Source of the DNA: Eledone cirrhosa
Lineage: Eukaryota
Length of the DNA: 64,000 nt
Direction: 5' to 3'
NCBI GenBank assembly: GCA_964016885.1
Contig: OZ024742.1
Coordinates: forward strand, 86,676,001-86,740,000
Position 1 is the stretch's first letter; the number at the start of each line of letters is the position of its first letter. The position numbers and the translations under genes were made by a program. Below, one piece after another: positions 41,363-55,084 of the stretch. Below the pieces are notes generated by a model. The model saw only the letters and a program-made list of their open reading frames with translations. It was not told the origin of the DNA and searched no databases.

Positions 41363-41919
41363 TGTGTGTGTGCGTAAATATATGCGTATATTAATTCGTT
41401 AACCTCTGTATTAACTCAACAACTATTTAGCTTTGACAGTGGTCCCACTCATGTATACTGTTGAAGAGGAAGAGAAAGACTGTAAAAACAAGCTTATCTT
41501 TATAATTTAAAATTGATATACACTACGATACTTTGTACATGCCAACGCTTAATTTTGCCTTATGACAGCTAGTTTTACACGCCGTAACATTAGATACATT
41601 ATATACCCCCCATCTAAGTAATGTCAGGGTCTCCTTAAATAATTTATTGATAGCATTGTTGTAATTGTTGTTATTGTTCTAATTGAATGCCATTACTACT
41701 TCATATAGTAGCCTGTATTTTCTTTTCTTTTCTTGCCTGTGTATTTTCTTCATTCTCGCATGCTCCGAAGATCAGAGTGGTTATAATTCTGTATTGGCGA
41801 TCGAGTAACGCAAAATTAAGCTAATAGTGATCTCTAGACATACCAGTTCAGTGAAACAAATGTAAGCTATGTGATTAAAAACTTTTTTGTATAGCAAACC
41901 ATGTAAACCTTCTTTCCTG

Positions 41920-41922
<3 letters not shown>
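40550..41922 (+). mobile_element. PLE 3' fragment: GIY-YIG endonuclease, 3' UTR and pseudo-LTR
   Basis: CNC..CPLANRC..LVYMC..YMGST..FKKRW..H..CGQC..E..LLN..CRHR within ORF 40510-40974; (TA)n at the end. Confidence 0.85.
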
Positions 41923-41959
<37 letters not shown>

Positions 41960-41964
<5 letters not shown>

Positions 41965-42398
41965 AACATTTTATATAAAATTGTTGGGTTACAACGAGTA
42001 AATATTTCATAACTGATATAAAAGCACTCAACAGATTTTGGAGTATTTTACGATATTAAACAAATGGAAACTACATTTATAAAACCATATTTATTTCATT
42101 ATATATATTTCAGGGATATCATATTAAAAATATGGTATGCCCTCTTTAGACAAAATACAATATATAAACAGTTTTATAAATAAATTTGACATACCTTGAA
42201 ACATTTTACAACTTCCATTTTAAAAAGTTGTTATGGTAGTGAGAATGTTAAGGACGGTTAGAAAGAAAGACGGAGAAAAAAGTAAAAAGAAAAAGAAGGA
42301 AAAAAAGAAAAAGAAAGAGCGGAAGGCGAAGAAGATGAAGAAATGTATGTAAAGAGAAAGACACCAAATGAGAGATTTATGAGGGAAGGGGGTACTGT

Positions 42399-42435
<37 letters not shown>

Positions 42436-43925
42436 TTTTATTTAGTGTTAAGGATACGGGGAGAAATAAGAACAAAAACAAAAATAAATAAGGAGAGGTA
42501 AATCGAGTAATATCTATCATACGAGGTGGGAGAGATAGGGGAGGGGTGAGATACAGGAGATATAGTTAAAACAGCCGATACATAAGTCCCGTCAAATGTA
42601 GAGGGAGGAGGAGAGGAGATATACTTAGAAATAAAAATGATAGTTTTAAAATATTATGTTTCATCAGTCTATCAATTCCTATGAATTATAATGTAAATAT
42701 CAATATTCGTGAATGAGACACATATCAATAATGTGTGAAAAAAATAATGACTATATGTTTAGTTTTAAAATTCTTAGGTTTACAATCAAAATCTGAGATA
42801 AAACTTCAAAAAAAAATACTGAAATACATAAGTATATATGTATTTTCATGAAAAAAGAGAAAAAGAAAAAAGAGAAAGAAAAAGAGAAGGTTATCTCAAA
42901 CTGACATTATAGACATATGTGAGCCTACGTGAACAGCTCTGTAAATTTGTATTTCACATGAAAAGCTTCATTGCGTTAAAATAGATTTTACCGTACATAT
43001 ATGTACATACATACATACATATACATAAAATATACATTATTAGTAATAATAATAATATTCTTGCCCTCTCATACATGATTATCGTTCAAGCATAGAATAG
43101 AACAGATATCAATATATTAAAATATTAAAAACGCCAAGAATATTTCACTCCCCAGAATATCAAGGGCCGTAAAAAACACAGTGTGCCCCGCCTTCCAATT
43201 TATTTGACAATATATTGCCAAGTTCATTAGAAGCAATCAGAATCGAAAGCAAACAAAACCAAAATTATTCACCAAACTTATTTAGCAGAAATCATTCAAA
43301 AAAACTTTAGGATACCCGGTTGTTCTACAGATGCTCTTATATTTATTATAGAAGTTTATCTAGCTTAAAAATGTTATTCAATAGATTTGGGAGCATCACC
43401 ATTTTAAGGTAGTTTAATTACATTATTAATTATATACTCATGAAGAAGGTTTAAAGAATTGGAGGAATCGAAAGATTTATCGCCAAGTTTTCTAAAATAA
43501 TTAAAAAATAATTAAGAAGTAATTAAAAGTCTTAAGTAAATATACTACATTTTAAATTTATATTTATATTTAAAAGTTGAATTCAATCTATGTCTGCAGC
43601 AACTGAATAAATTGGTCCGTAAATTAAGGGAATTTTTAGATTTCAGTATAAAGAATATCTCCTCCGCGCAGAGGTCACATGTCTCAGAGGAGGAGTTAAA
43701 AGGAATCCCTCTTGAGACTATATTCCAAACCATCGGATATCCAACGTTATCATGTTTAAGTTGCCAGAGTAAGCCTGATAGTGATGTCAAATTTATTTAT
43801 AAAACTGTTTATATATTGTATTTTGTCTGAAGAGGGCATACCATATTTTTAATATGATATCCCTGAAATATATATAATGAAATAAATATGGTTTTATAAA
43901 TGTAGTTTCCATTTGTTTAAAAACG

Positions 43926-43927
<2 letters not shown>
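41960..43927 (-). mobile_element. PLE 3' fragment with inverted pseudo-LTR
   Basis: ORF 43545-43790 LSGLLWQLK..CDLCAEE..CCRHR; 42050-42190 inverted relative to 43787-43925; hammerhead-like motif ~43820-43883. Confidence 0.8.
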
Positions 43928-43986
<59 letters not shown>

Positions 43987-43988
<2 letters not shown>

Positions 43989-46508
43989 TATAAGTGGCAT
44001 TTAATTTGTTGGAAGTCCGACAAATATAAATGTTTATAACTGATTTAGAGCACTCAACAAGTTACTGTAGTAAATATTCAATGATATTAAATAAATGGAA
44101 ACTATATTTATAAAATCATATTTATTTTATTATATACATTTCAAGGGAAACCAAGACAACATTAGTACGCTTCCATCAGATAAAATACAAAGTTTGTTTT
44201 ATAAATAGAGACATACCCATGAAAATCATTCCTTATCGGTTGGAAATTCACTGGATAGTGGAAATATATTAGGGATTATTCAAACTTATGTGTGAACATG
44301 CAAATGAATATGTAAATAATTGAAAAACAACCTTTATTTAAATGACACTGGAGAAAGAGGGAGAGAAAAAAGAGAGAGAGAAACAATAAATATATTACGA
44401 GAGAGACAGAGAGAAGAAATTAACAAGAGGATGAATAAAACTCATATAACGTTCATTTGGGGGAATATATTCAATGGTACGTGGATTTACGATTAATTAG
44501 TTGTTAAAATTATTTTCTAATATAATATTTACTGTTATAAGTAGATAGAAAAATAAATAGATGGAAGAATATGTTTGAAAAAAAAATAAATAAATGGAAG
44601 AATAGATTTGAAAAATAAAATAAATAATGAAATAAATAAATAAATAAAAGGATAAATAGATAAATAATTGAATAGAAATTAATTGAAAATCAGAGTAATT
44701 GTGAAATTAATAGAAAAAGAAAATCCATAATACAATTTTTCAATAGCTACAACCTTAAGTTAGAAATACAGAATAACTATAAAATTGTTAACTTTTTAGA
44801 AGTAACATTAAACCTTAACACAGAGCTCTACTATCCATTCCATAAAATTAATGAGAATCTAAACTATGTAAGTTTTAACACTAATCATCCTAGATCTATC
44901 AAGGACACTATTGTTAATTCTATCCAACAACATATTTCACGCATCTCCGCTAATAAAAAACATTGTTGACGATAAGGCAGAATATTATAATGAAGCTTTA
45001 AATAGAGCAGGCTATATAAATAAGATTAAATACATCGACAACAGTGATAAGCCAAATCACCCTACTATTAATTATAATTACAATAAAAAATATAACTTAA
45101 ACTCTAAAACTAACAAGAAATATAACTAGAAATATTATTTGGTACTCACCCCATTCTCATTAAGCGTTAAAACACCTTTAGCAAAGCTATTCTTTAAAGC
45201 ACTAGATAGATGTTTTCCTAAAGCCCACAGGTACCACTCAATCTTTAACAGACATACTATAAAACTATCTTATTCTACTACTATGAACATACCACAGAAT
45301 ATAAATAGAATATATAATATAAATTTAAACCATAACCAAAGTAGCAGTAAAATCTCTAACGATATCCAAAATAATAGTACCGTTCTGAATAACAACAACT
45401 CCGCAAAATATAACTGTAGAATTAAATTAAACAGTCCATTACAAAATAAGTGTTTAGATAAGGACGTGGTCTATAAATGTACAGTCAAAACCAGTGACAA
45501 TATATTTAACTATGTAGGTGCAACTTCTACAGAATTTAAAAGTCGTTGGAATAATCACAAATGCTCTTTCCAAAGATTTGATAAAAAATCTTCAACTTCT
45601 CTTTCAAACCTGATATGGAACTTAAAATGCAAGAATATGGACTATTCTTTAACTTAGGAAATACTTTCGAAAACACCCACATTCCGAAACACAGCTTTAT
45701 CTAGATTTTGCAAATCGCGTGTTGAGGAATTTGTTTTCATACTTAAATGTAAGAACTCTATTAATATAAGGATGAATTGATTTAGTTCTTGTAGACGTCA
45801 GCTGAATTCAACGTTTAGAACCATATATACATTATAATTACACTTATAATATTTCTACTTATTTCCATAACAATCTTAACCACTTGGTTTTAATATATTG
45901 ATATCTCTAAATCATATCTATGACATTTGTATAATTTCACTTCTTAAAGTTTCTTAAAATATATACATATATAAGTCTAGTTATTTTAATTTTAATTTTA
46001 ATTTTAATTTTAATTGTAATTTTAATCTTAATAATGTTTAATTCTTTATTTTTTATTTCTTTAATTTTTTATCTATTTTTAAAAATTAAATTTTTTTTTT
46101 TTAATTACTTATCTATTATAATGTTGTTTTTTTTAAATTTTCCCGAATTTTTAATATTTTTTCAATATCCTTTATAGATTTATAAACACTAACTAATATA
46201 TGTTTAACATTTATACTCATTTTTACAAAATAGTCTCACACTAACGAATAAATAAACAAAACTTGAGTTTTATCCGTATCTTCCCATTTTAAAATATAAA
46301 ATATAAATATTCTTATTAACTCAGTTAACTTAATTTAATTTAACTTAATATTTAATTACAGTAAATACAAAACCAATAACTCTCAGAACTAATTAAAATA
46401 TTTATCTGTAACACGATATACCCATCTATTCATTTTTTTTTTCAAATCTATTCTTCCATCTATTTATTCTTCTATCTACTTATAACAGTAAATATTATAT
46501 TAGAAAAG
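43987..46508 (+). mobile_element. PLE (RT C-terminus plus GIY-YIG) preceded by an inverted pseudo-LTR
   Basis: YYNEALNRAGY, FPKAHRYHSIFNRHTIKLSYS, VVYKC..YVGAT..FKSRWNNH; 44513-44600 inverted relative to 46420-46508. Confidence 0.85.
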
Positions 46509-47188
46509 AATGGCGGTGGATTGGCAGTATCGGTAGAGAGTCTTTACCATTTAATATAAACTGCTATAGATAAAATGAGATTTCTTAATGCAGGCTACCA
46601 GCACTGTTGCTATACAGTAGTAGTGAAAATCTCTCTCTTCCTTACTTGACAATTTATAACTGTATTAATACTACTACACCAAACGACCAGCCCTGTCCAT
46701 TGTTCAAATGGTCAAATATAGATTAAAATAGGCACTCCCAAAAATTCTTATTTAGATAAAATAAGCCATATACTCATTGTATTCTCATTAAAAACCTTCT
46801 ATATACTTGTTCACCAGCAAATTGAATTGCCATCTGTCATATACTATCTCCTCTCTACATCCTTTCTTACAACTATATAAATACTTTAATTTTTCTGATT
46901 TTTTTCCGATTTATCCAATATCTCTGAAGAAGTGAAAACTGATTATACATTTGCTATCGAATATTTGCTAACATTATATGATTACGCAAGCAGCGATACA
47001 TATGTATTCCGTCTGTTACAGAAACATATGTCAATACCTAATAAATTCCTTTATAAAAGCACTTTCATTTTATATTCATCTTTTCTACATTTTCTCCGGA
47101 ATATAAATTATACTCGTTGAGCAAACCTACACGTACGCTGTTCATCTCTAACGTGACGATATATTATCACTACATTATTGATAACTTG

Positions 47189-47314
<126 letters not shown>

Positions 47315-47379
47315 ATTAATGTTAATCCCTAAGCGAACAACATGCTTATGGTGGTGCATGTGTTGGTCTTGAAACTTAC

Positions 47380-47745
47380 TGGTGAGAATGATTCATTTAC
47401 ATTCACACAAAAATGAAATCACAGAGAAAGAGCTCGAAGAAACACTGAAGCATCGGAGGCATGATATTTCAAAGCATTTCTACGAAAACGCAAGAAACAT
47501 ATTGAAAGCTTTGCAAGGGTTAAAGAACAGTTGACGTAGATTGAGTAAAACGTTAGTGCCAGCGCGGAATTGTTGCTGTGGAGACGAAAAGAAATTTCGA
47601 AAGAAATTTGATCTGTAGTGGCTCAAGGAATCAGTGTGATCATGGAAAAGAAACGAACCATAGGCTAACGAACAAGAAGTAGACACTCCTCGGAACATGA
47701 GGGTCGCGGTGACTTTCACCCTACGCAAGGAGTATGTTTCGATTA
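47380..47745 (-). pseudogene. Candidate degenerate exon of the same minus-strand host gene
   Basis: tatttattgcag acceptor, cca/gtaagt donor, frame RVKVTATLMFRGVSTSC...RAGTNVLLNL..NP open to a stop at 47480. Confidence 0.28.
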
Positions 47746-48608
47746 CTGCAATAAATACCACAGATAACCTCCTTGCATGTTTCCTGACAATATTTCTGCT
47801 AGAGTATTTCATTATTTGAATATCGAAAATGCAGCACATGCTTGTACTAAAAACGTATTCTTTCATTTCGAATTAAGTAAATTATGTGATCAAATTCCCT
47901 ATAATGAGAAAGCGTCAAGTCAATATTTTATCTTTGGTGACGTATTACCAAATATTAATGTACATGGTTCTATAGATAAAACGAACCACGGATATAGATA
48001 TTCATTTCTCTGTAGGTACAAAATACAATCACTCAAACAGCGATTTTCTTTAAAATCCCATAAGCATTTGTCGACATACAGTTTTCATATATGTAAGGCA
48101 AATATGTTTTGATAAATTGGTTCACGCTTCTTGACAAATATATTCACTGGTACGAAGAATTTTGTGTAAGGGTATAACAATCATTTATTTATATAAACCT
48201 GCGTTTGGAAAATTATGTGCGTGAATACAAGTATCCTTTATATTTAATATATACGTGACGGCATATATAGTCACATGCAGTGACTGATTCAACTAATGCG
48301 AAATGATGTATATTTCGCTTAACAAAATGGTTCCTAAGTAGATATTTCAGTATCAATCACTTGACTGCATAAATCTAAGTTATCAACCGTCATCTTTATA
48401 TTGGCGTATCAACATTAATCTATGGAGAATATCTCACGTTTCTTTCATCTTTGTTAATGTCTTCACATTTGTTCGATAGGATGTCATGGTCATAAATAGT
48501 CATAGAATAACAAGATCAATAAATAACGTTGTTTCTTCTTCCCCAGTACCGCCTACAAGGTAGACAAATGTCTGGACACAAAACCACATAAAACACTCAC
48601 GAGAGCAC

Positions 48609-48639
<31 letters not shown>

Positions 48640-48643
48640 AGCG

Positions 48644-48674
<31 letters not shown>

Positions 48675-48699
48675 ATGCATATGTGTATGTATATATATA

Positions 48700-48751
<52 letters not shown>

Positions 48752-48783
48752 CATATGTATGCATGTGTGTATGTATATGTATG

Positions 48784-48844
<61 letters not shown>

Positions 48845-49224
48845 CTGTGAGTGTCGACATTTTTCTTTACAATGTGTGTTTGTCCAAACAACATGTACAC
48901 AATATTTATATATATTTAGTCTAATTCGATTTCGTCGTCTTATATGTCTAAATTAAACTATGTTTATGTGATGCGAGTTTACCGACATTTAACAAGATCC
49001 AATACGTAGAGATCCATGACATCAAGCAAAGGGTATATTTATGGAATTGCCATTTTTTCAAAAATCTGCGAATATCTTCTGAAGAAGATATATCCCATGG
49101 CCTGCTGTTTTCAGATTATGAATTCTTCTAAACGATATTTGTTTTCCTTCAAAGAACTACACAATTCAGGTCTTCAGGGTATTGTTTCTGTAAAAGACAC
49201 ACGCTGAGACACGCATGCATATGA

Positions 49225-49254
<30 letters not shown>

Positions 49255-49255
<1 letters not shown>

Positions 49256-49350
49256 ACAAACAGGGTGTGGTAAGATACCAGGTGGATCATAATTCAGTTC
49301 TAGCGGTCGAAACGGCCATAGCTCAGCCGTCGGGGTCCTAATTCTTTTCC
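49255..49350. mobile_element. ~95-bp PLE scar: inverted tail plus 3' half of hammerhead, between (TA)n
   Basis: Left part matches 58346-58383; right part tcgaaacggc..tcagccgtcggggtcc matches 62121-62152. Confidence 0.75.
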
Positions 49351-49698
49351 TATATATATATATAAATTTAAGTTTGAAGAAGAGGCAGATAAGTTTTACC
49401 CAATATTTTTTTTTAGTACGGATACATTAACTAAATGTATAATCAATTGAACGGAGCTAATTTTAACATGCAAGTATCAATAAATATTAGAACATTCCTT
49501 TATTGGAAAACGTGTGTCTATTTCTTCTTCAAACTTATAATTTTATATAGCTTTGATTAATGATTATTTATTTAATTCATTCATTCATTGACCGTAGGCT
49601 ACACTCATACATGTATCTATGTTTATGTTGAAATATATATGTATTCCTTCTGAATTTGTTTATATATGCATATACATTTATATATATATATATATATG

Positions 49699-49872
<174 letters not shown>

Positions 49873-49929
49873 TGCATTTGTCTTAGTGTATGAAGGATAT
49901 CCGGTAGCGCAAACCTCTTTATATATATA

Positions 49930-50917
49930 CTAACAACAGTACCAAGTGTTGCATGGGTAGGTAACATAATATCTGCTTTGATGAAAAGGTGTTGATCTTA
50001 GCGACTGCTTCTCGATGACTCATCTATGGCCACACACAGGCCATGTGGAGGGCGGGGGTTGGTGATAACCTCTATCGATGAGAAACGCGGGTGACTGACT
50101 AAGGGGAATGCTGGGGAAGGAGGTAATGACCTCTAACACTAAGCCAAATTTCCCCATGCTACTTGAATGGAAACCGATGAATTCTCAACTACACAAATAA
50201 AAGCTCAGACGACGTCAGTGGCCATTGCTTTGCCGTTGACCATCTATAAGATGTGCAATGATAGGTTCTATCGTTGTATAAAAGTTGAACCAAATAAATT
50301 GATTTATGTGTGAGGTGGAGCTGTAGTTTCGAATTTGAACGAAATTGGTTGAAAAATGTAGGAACTAGACCCGAAAAGGCGGACATTTGAGCGAAAAGCT
50401 GGTATTTTCGAATATTTAAGCGGCTGTCACGCGGTTCCTGAACGTGAACTAATCAGATCTAGCGTAGTGTAAAATTTGAACAAATTAGGTTGATTAATAT
50501 GGGAGCTAGAGCCGAATAAGTGGACATTTGAGTCTAAAAGTAGTATTTTAAAATATTTAACCGGCTGCTACGCCGTCCCTGAAGAACAACTACAAAATGT
50601 AAAGCAATTAAATCATGTGCAATGATAAATTCTATTTTGCTTTAAAATCTGAACGAAATCGGTGGCAAAATGTGGGAGATAGAGCCTAAAATCTTATTTT
50701 TCGATACCTAAAAAAGGTGACCCCCCACCTATCGATTTTTATCTGATGAATATCCTCGGAATAAAAGAAAAAGATACGCTCATACATAGAAACTATTCTC
50801 CGACGACTAATCTATGAGCCTGTAAAGTTCCATGAAAATCGGTTGTAAAATGTAGGCCCCTATAGGTAATATACAGACACAGACACACACACATACTTAA
50901 TTTTATATATATACAGA
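49930..50917 (-). mobile_element. Non-autonomous Helitron-like element with internal ~140-bp repeats
   Basis: Minus strand starts a/TCtgtatatatataaaa + (tg)n, ends in a degenerate hairpin and TTAG/t; repeated aatttgaac..ggagctaga..ggacatttgag units. Confidence 0.6.
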
Positions 50918-51157
50918 TATATAAACATATGTACAAGTTTGTATGTGAGACCCAGGGTCAATTGTGGATAATCACAATAGGTAAAGTATTCAATAAATTA
51001 GTCGAGTGTAATCACGTAGATGAATGGCGTGTGCAGGACTTAAAATATTTCATTCGTATGATGCCTAGTAGACAACTGATGATGGATAACCCTAACTTAA
51101 AATGTCTAATTTTTCATTATCCCACTCTCAAAAGCGTGAACCCAATAAACTATATAA

Positions 51158-51188
<31 letters not shown>

Positions 51189-51730
51189 TTTCGTTTCTGA
51201 ATTTGTTTAGCAAGATTCTTTATCTGAAATCGTGTGTTGAAACCGATATTGTTATACTTTGGGAGGGTCATGTTGCCAATAAGAAACACACGCACCAGTT
51301 GTTTCACTTCAATTTAATTTAATATATATTTATAAATTTACAAATTTATAAATTTCTGGTTGGTTGGTTGGTTCCACAACCAGATAGTTGTTTATATATA
51401 TATAGTCATAGTTCTTTCGTCACACACTCTGTGACCTCTTCAGTGACTGGGGATTTCTTTCTTCGTTTCTGTGCCTTTCCTTTCTTCTATCCTACGCCAT
51501 TTTGTTTGTGTGTGGGTTGCGTGCTCAGTTTGCGCATGCGCCACATCCGGGTGTCTGTGTGTGTTTGTGTTCATTTTTCTATTTTTCTATTTTTATATTT
51601 ATATTTGTTTGTTTATTTATTTATTTATTGTTGGTTGGTTGTTTGTTCTATGTGTGTGTGTGTTTTCATTTTGTGTGTGTTTTCAATTGTAAGTTGTTTA
51701 TATATGTGTGTGTGTGTTTTCATTTTGTCC

Positions 51731-52240
51731 TTAATTGTAAGTTGTGATGTTGCTGTTCCACTCATATTTTCTATTTAATTTTGGTTTTAATTCTTTTATG
51801 CTTACTGCCTCTGTAATTTGCCTAAACATTGCGTCTTTCTTGTGTGTGGATTCTATTTTTATTTCTATGCTCTCTAATTTACCCCTGTGTTCTATCTTAG
51901 CATGTTGGTAGAGCACAGATGATTCTTTACTATCTTGGAGGTCTCGCCAGTGTTCATTTATTCGTTCCCCTATACTACGAGCTGTCTCACCTATGTACAC
52001 TATATTTTTGTTTCTACATTGTCCCTCAGTACATCTTATGCTATATACTACATTTCTAGTTTTACAGTTAATATGGGGGCTTATTTTACAGGTTATACAT
52101 TTCTTATCTATACATGAGGGTCTTTGGAACGGGTATGTCTTGCTAATAAGTGTTTTTACGGAGGTACCAGGTCTTTCTACTATCTTAATATTGAGATTAT
52201 GTTTCTTTAGGGCCCTTCTAAATTTGTAGGCTAGTTCACC
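51731..52240 (-). CDS. PLE Cys linker plus GIY-YIG endonuclease (partial, open)
   Basis: GELAYK..IKIVERPG..PFQRPSC..CITC..CKTRNVVYSIRC..VYIGETARSIGERINEH..RQITEAV..LNRKYEW; mirror copy 52242-52738 has a 2-bp deletion. Confidence 0.85.
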   Translation of the reverse strand, partial: GELAYKFRRALKKHNLNIKIVERPGTSVKTLISKTYPFQRPSCIDKKCITCKISPHINCKTRNVVYSIRCTEGQCRNKNIVYIGETARSIGERINEHWRDLQDSKESSVLYQHAKIEHRGKLESIEIKIESTHKKDAMFRQITEAVSIKELKPKLNRKYEWNSNITTYN

Positions 52241-53020
52241 TCTACAAATTTAGAAGGGCCCTAAAGAAACATAATCTCAATATTAAGATAGTAGAAAGAC
52301 CTGGTACCTCCGTAAACACTTATTAGCAAGACATACCCGTTCCAAAGACCCTCATGTATAGATAAGAAATGTATAACCTGTAAAATAAGCCCCCATATTA
52401 ACTGTAAAACTAGAAATGTAGTATATAGCATAAGATGTACTGAGGGACAATGTAGAAACAAAAATATAGTGTACATAGGTGAGACAGCTCGTAGTATAGG
52501 GGAACGAATAAATGAACACTGGCGAGACCTCCAAGATAGTAAAGAATCATCTGTGCTCTACCAACATGCTAAGATAGAACACAGGGGTAAATTAGAGAGC
52601 ATAGAAATAAAAATAGAATCCACACACAAGAAAGACGCAATGTTTAGGCAAATTACAGAGGCAGTAAGCATAAAAGAATTAAAACCAAAATTAAATAGAA
52701 AATATGAGTGGAACAGCAACATCACAACTTACAATTAAGGACAAAATGAAAACACACACACACATATATAAACAACTTACAATTGAAAACACACACAAAA
52801 TGAAAACACACACACACATAGAACAAACAACCAACCAACAATAAATAAATAAATAAACAAACAAATATAAATATAAAAATAGAAAAATAGAAAAATGAAC
52901 ACAAACACACACAGACACCCGGATGTGGCGCATGCGCAAACTGAGCACGCAACCCACACACAAACAAAATGGCGTAGGATAGAAGAAAGGAAAGGCACAG
53001 AAACGAAGAAAGAAATCCCC

Positions 53021-53065
53021 AGTCACTGAAGAGGTCACAGAGTGTGTGACGAAAGAACTATGACT
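53021..53065 (+). ncRNA. Minimal type-I hammerhead ribozyme (mirror at 51404-51448 on minus)
   Basis: agtca-CTGAAGA-g-gtcaca gagtg tgtgac-GAAAG-aa-CTA-tgact; stems I and II fully paired. Confidence 0.8.
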
Positions 53066-53215
53066 ATATATATATAAACAACTATCTGGTTGTGGAACCA
53101 ACCAACCAACCAGAAATTTATAAATTTGTAAATTTATAAGTATATATTAAATTAAATTGAAGTGAAACAACTGGTGCGTGTGTTTCTTATTGGCAACATG
53201 ACCCTCCCAAAGTAT

Positions 53216-53313
<98 letters not shown>

Positions 53314-53419
53314 ATATGTATGTATAAATATATATAAAAGGCAAATAGAAATAACAACATAATCGGCACTCTTTATGGAAGGAATATACTTGTTTATCCC
53401 TTGAAATAGCAGGAAGAGA

Positions 53420-53457
53420 TTCTTAACCTTTCGGACGCCATTCCTTCATCAGAAGAA
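53420..53457 (-). ncRNA. Minimal hammerhead motif in another solitary PLE terminus (~53340-53610)
   Basis: ttctt-CTGATGA-a-gga atggcg tcc-GAAA-gg-tt-aagaa. Confidence 0.6.
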
Positions 53458-53605
53458 AAAGTGAAAAATAAAATAGATTGAAGGGACGGTGAGGGTGGTA
53501 TTGGAAAAAAAGTGTCTTTAGATAAAAATACCAGGTCCATGTTCACGAATATATTTCCTTTCCCGATGGTCATTTGCCCGAGAAACATTCGTAAGCCGAA
53601 TCTAT

Positions 53606-53640
<35 letters not shown>

Positions 53641-53644
<4 letters not shown>

Positions 53645-54190
53645 CTGAACCAGACACATTCTCCCATCCCATTTCTCTTGAGCATTATCTTTTGCTTGTC
53701 ATAACATTCTCTAGAAAGGCTACAGAATTGATTTCCAAATAAGGGCGCGAAAATTTAATGAAAACTTGTTCACGTGACAGCCATTTATAACCAATCAAAT
53801 TACGTTAATTAAAAAAAAAATCATCGTGAGCTCCTTTTTTTAAGTAAAAAGGAATTCAAAACACACACACAACACACACACAAGCACATAAATAAACATA
53901 CATATCTTTACTTTCTTTATTCAATAGAAAATCGGAATTCTGACATCCCAGCGAACTAACCAAATTCACTGAGCCAGAACTATTCTCCCATCCCATTTCT
54001 CTTGACCATTATCTTTTACTTGTCATAAAATTCTCTAGAATTGACAGGTTATAACTTTGTATTGGTGATCGAATAACGTGAAAACAAGCGGGTAGCAATC
54101 TCTAGACCTACCAGTTGAGAGAAACAATTGTCAGCAATGAGATTAAAAACCTTTTTTGTATAGCAAACCGTGTCACTCTTCTTTCCTGAT
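53641..54190 (+). mobile_element. Joined pseudo-LTR fragments of two PLE families
   Basis: 53641-54040 matches the 22125-24885 LTR subrepeats; 54045-54190 matches 41778-41920. Confidence 0.7.
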
Positions 54191-54191
54191 G

Positions 54192-54508
<317 letters not shown>

Positions 54509-54519
54509 AGTAATAATAA

Positions 54520-54702
54520 TATATTTGAAGACTAAAATTCAAAGAAGGCTCGATAAGGATAAATATATATCAAATATATAAGAACCTTAGAGGAAATATT
54601 TATTAAAATAACAGATTAAAGTTTAAGCAAAGAATCGCTGCTTTCACCCTTCTGAAACAGCGATTCTTTGCTTAAACTTTAATGTGTCATTTTAATAAAT
54701 AT
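54520..54702. repeat. 45-bp-arm hairpin with one-sided extension, probable PLE terminus fold-back
   Basis: 54596-54640 is the reverse complement of 54658-54702 with about 2 mismatches. Confidence 0.7.
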
Positions 54703-54714
54703 ATATATATATAT

Positions 54715-55041
54715 TAGAAAGTGAGGTTTTTTTTACAAATTGAAAAATAACCGAGGTGTCCTACACGAGTGAATGTATAAAGAAAAAGAGATGAAATCAA
54801 AAAAGCGACTGGAGTCTTATTTTTTTAAAAAAATATATATATTTATTTGGTTCCTTTACCGGTTTCGCAGTTCTTCTGCTTTTCAAAAGTAGAGTTGAGA
54901 TGGAGGGTCTGTGGTTTTTCTCACATCAGATGTGAGAAAAACCACAGACCCTCCATCTCAACTGTAATTTTGAAAAGCAGAAGAACTTTATACTTTCACT
55001 CGTGTAGGAAACCTCGGTTATTTTTCATTTTGTAAAAAAAA
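54715..55041. mobile_element. Fold-back of the 22125-family pseudo-LTR end, centred at 54928
   Basis: gttgagatggagggtctgtggtttttctcacatc-a-gatgtgagaaaaaccacagaccctccatctcaac; right arm internally deleted. Confidence 0.85.
54854..54889 (-). ncRNA. Minimal hammerhead ribozyme with U3-A8 core
   Basis: ctt-TTGAAAA-gcag aagaa ctgc-GAAAC-cg-GTA-aag followed by aataaa. Confidence 0.7.
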
Positions 55042-55084
55042 TGTATTAAAAAATGTATAATGTATAAGTATATAAACATATATA

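Larger units (their letters stand above)
51190..53223. mobile_element. PLE 3' kilobase duplicated as a near-perfect palindrome
   Basis: 51246-52229 is the reverse complement of 52242-53223; 12-nt spacer; identical mirrored ORFs in the ORF track. Confidence 0.95.

Noticed and set aside
47410-47560. Plus-strand peptides resembling LINE or Gypsy linkers (EITEKELEETLK, ESFARVKEQLT)
   Set aside because: Too short, with no flanking RT motifs
50330-50700. CRISPR-like repeat-spacer pattern
   Set aside because: Long degenerate subrepeats inside a Helitron-like element; eukaryotic context and no cas genes
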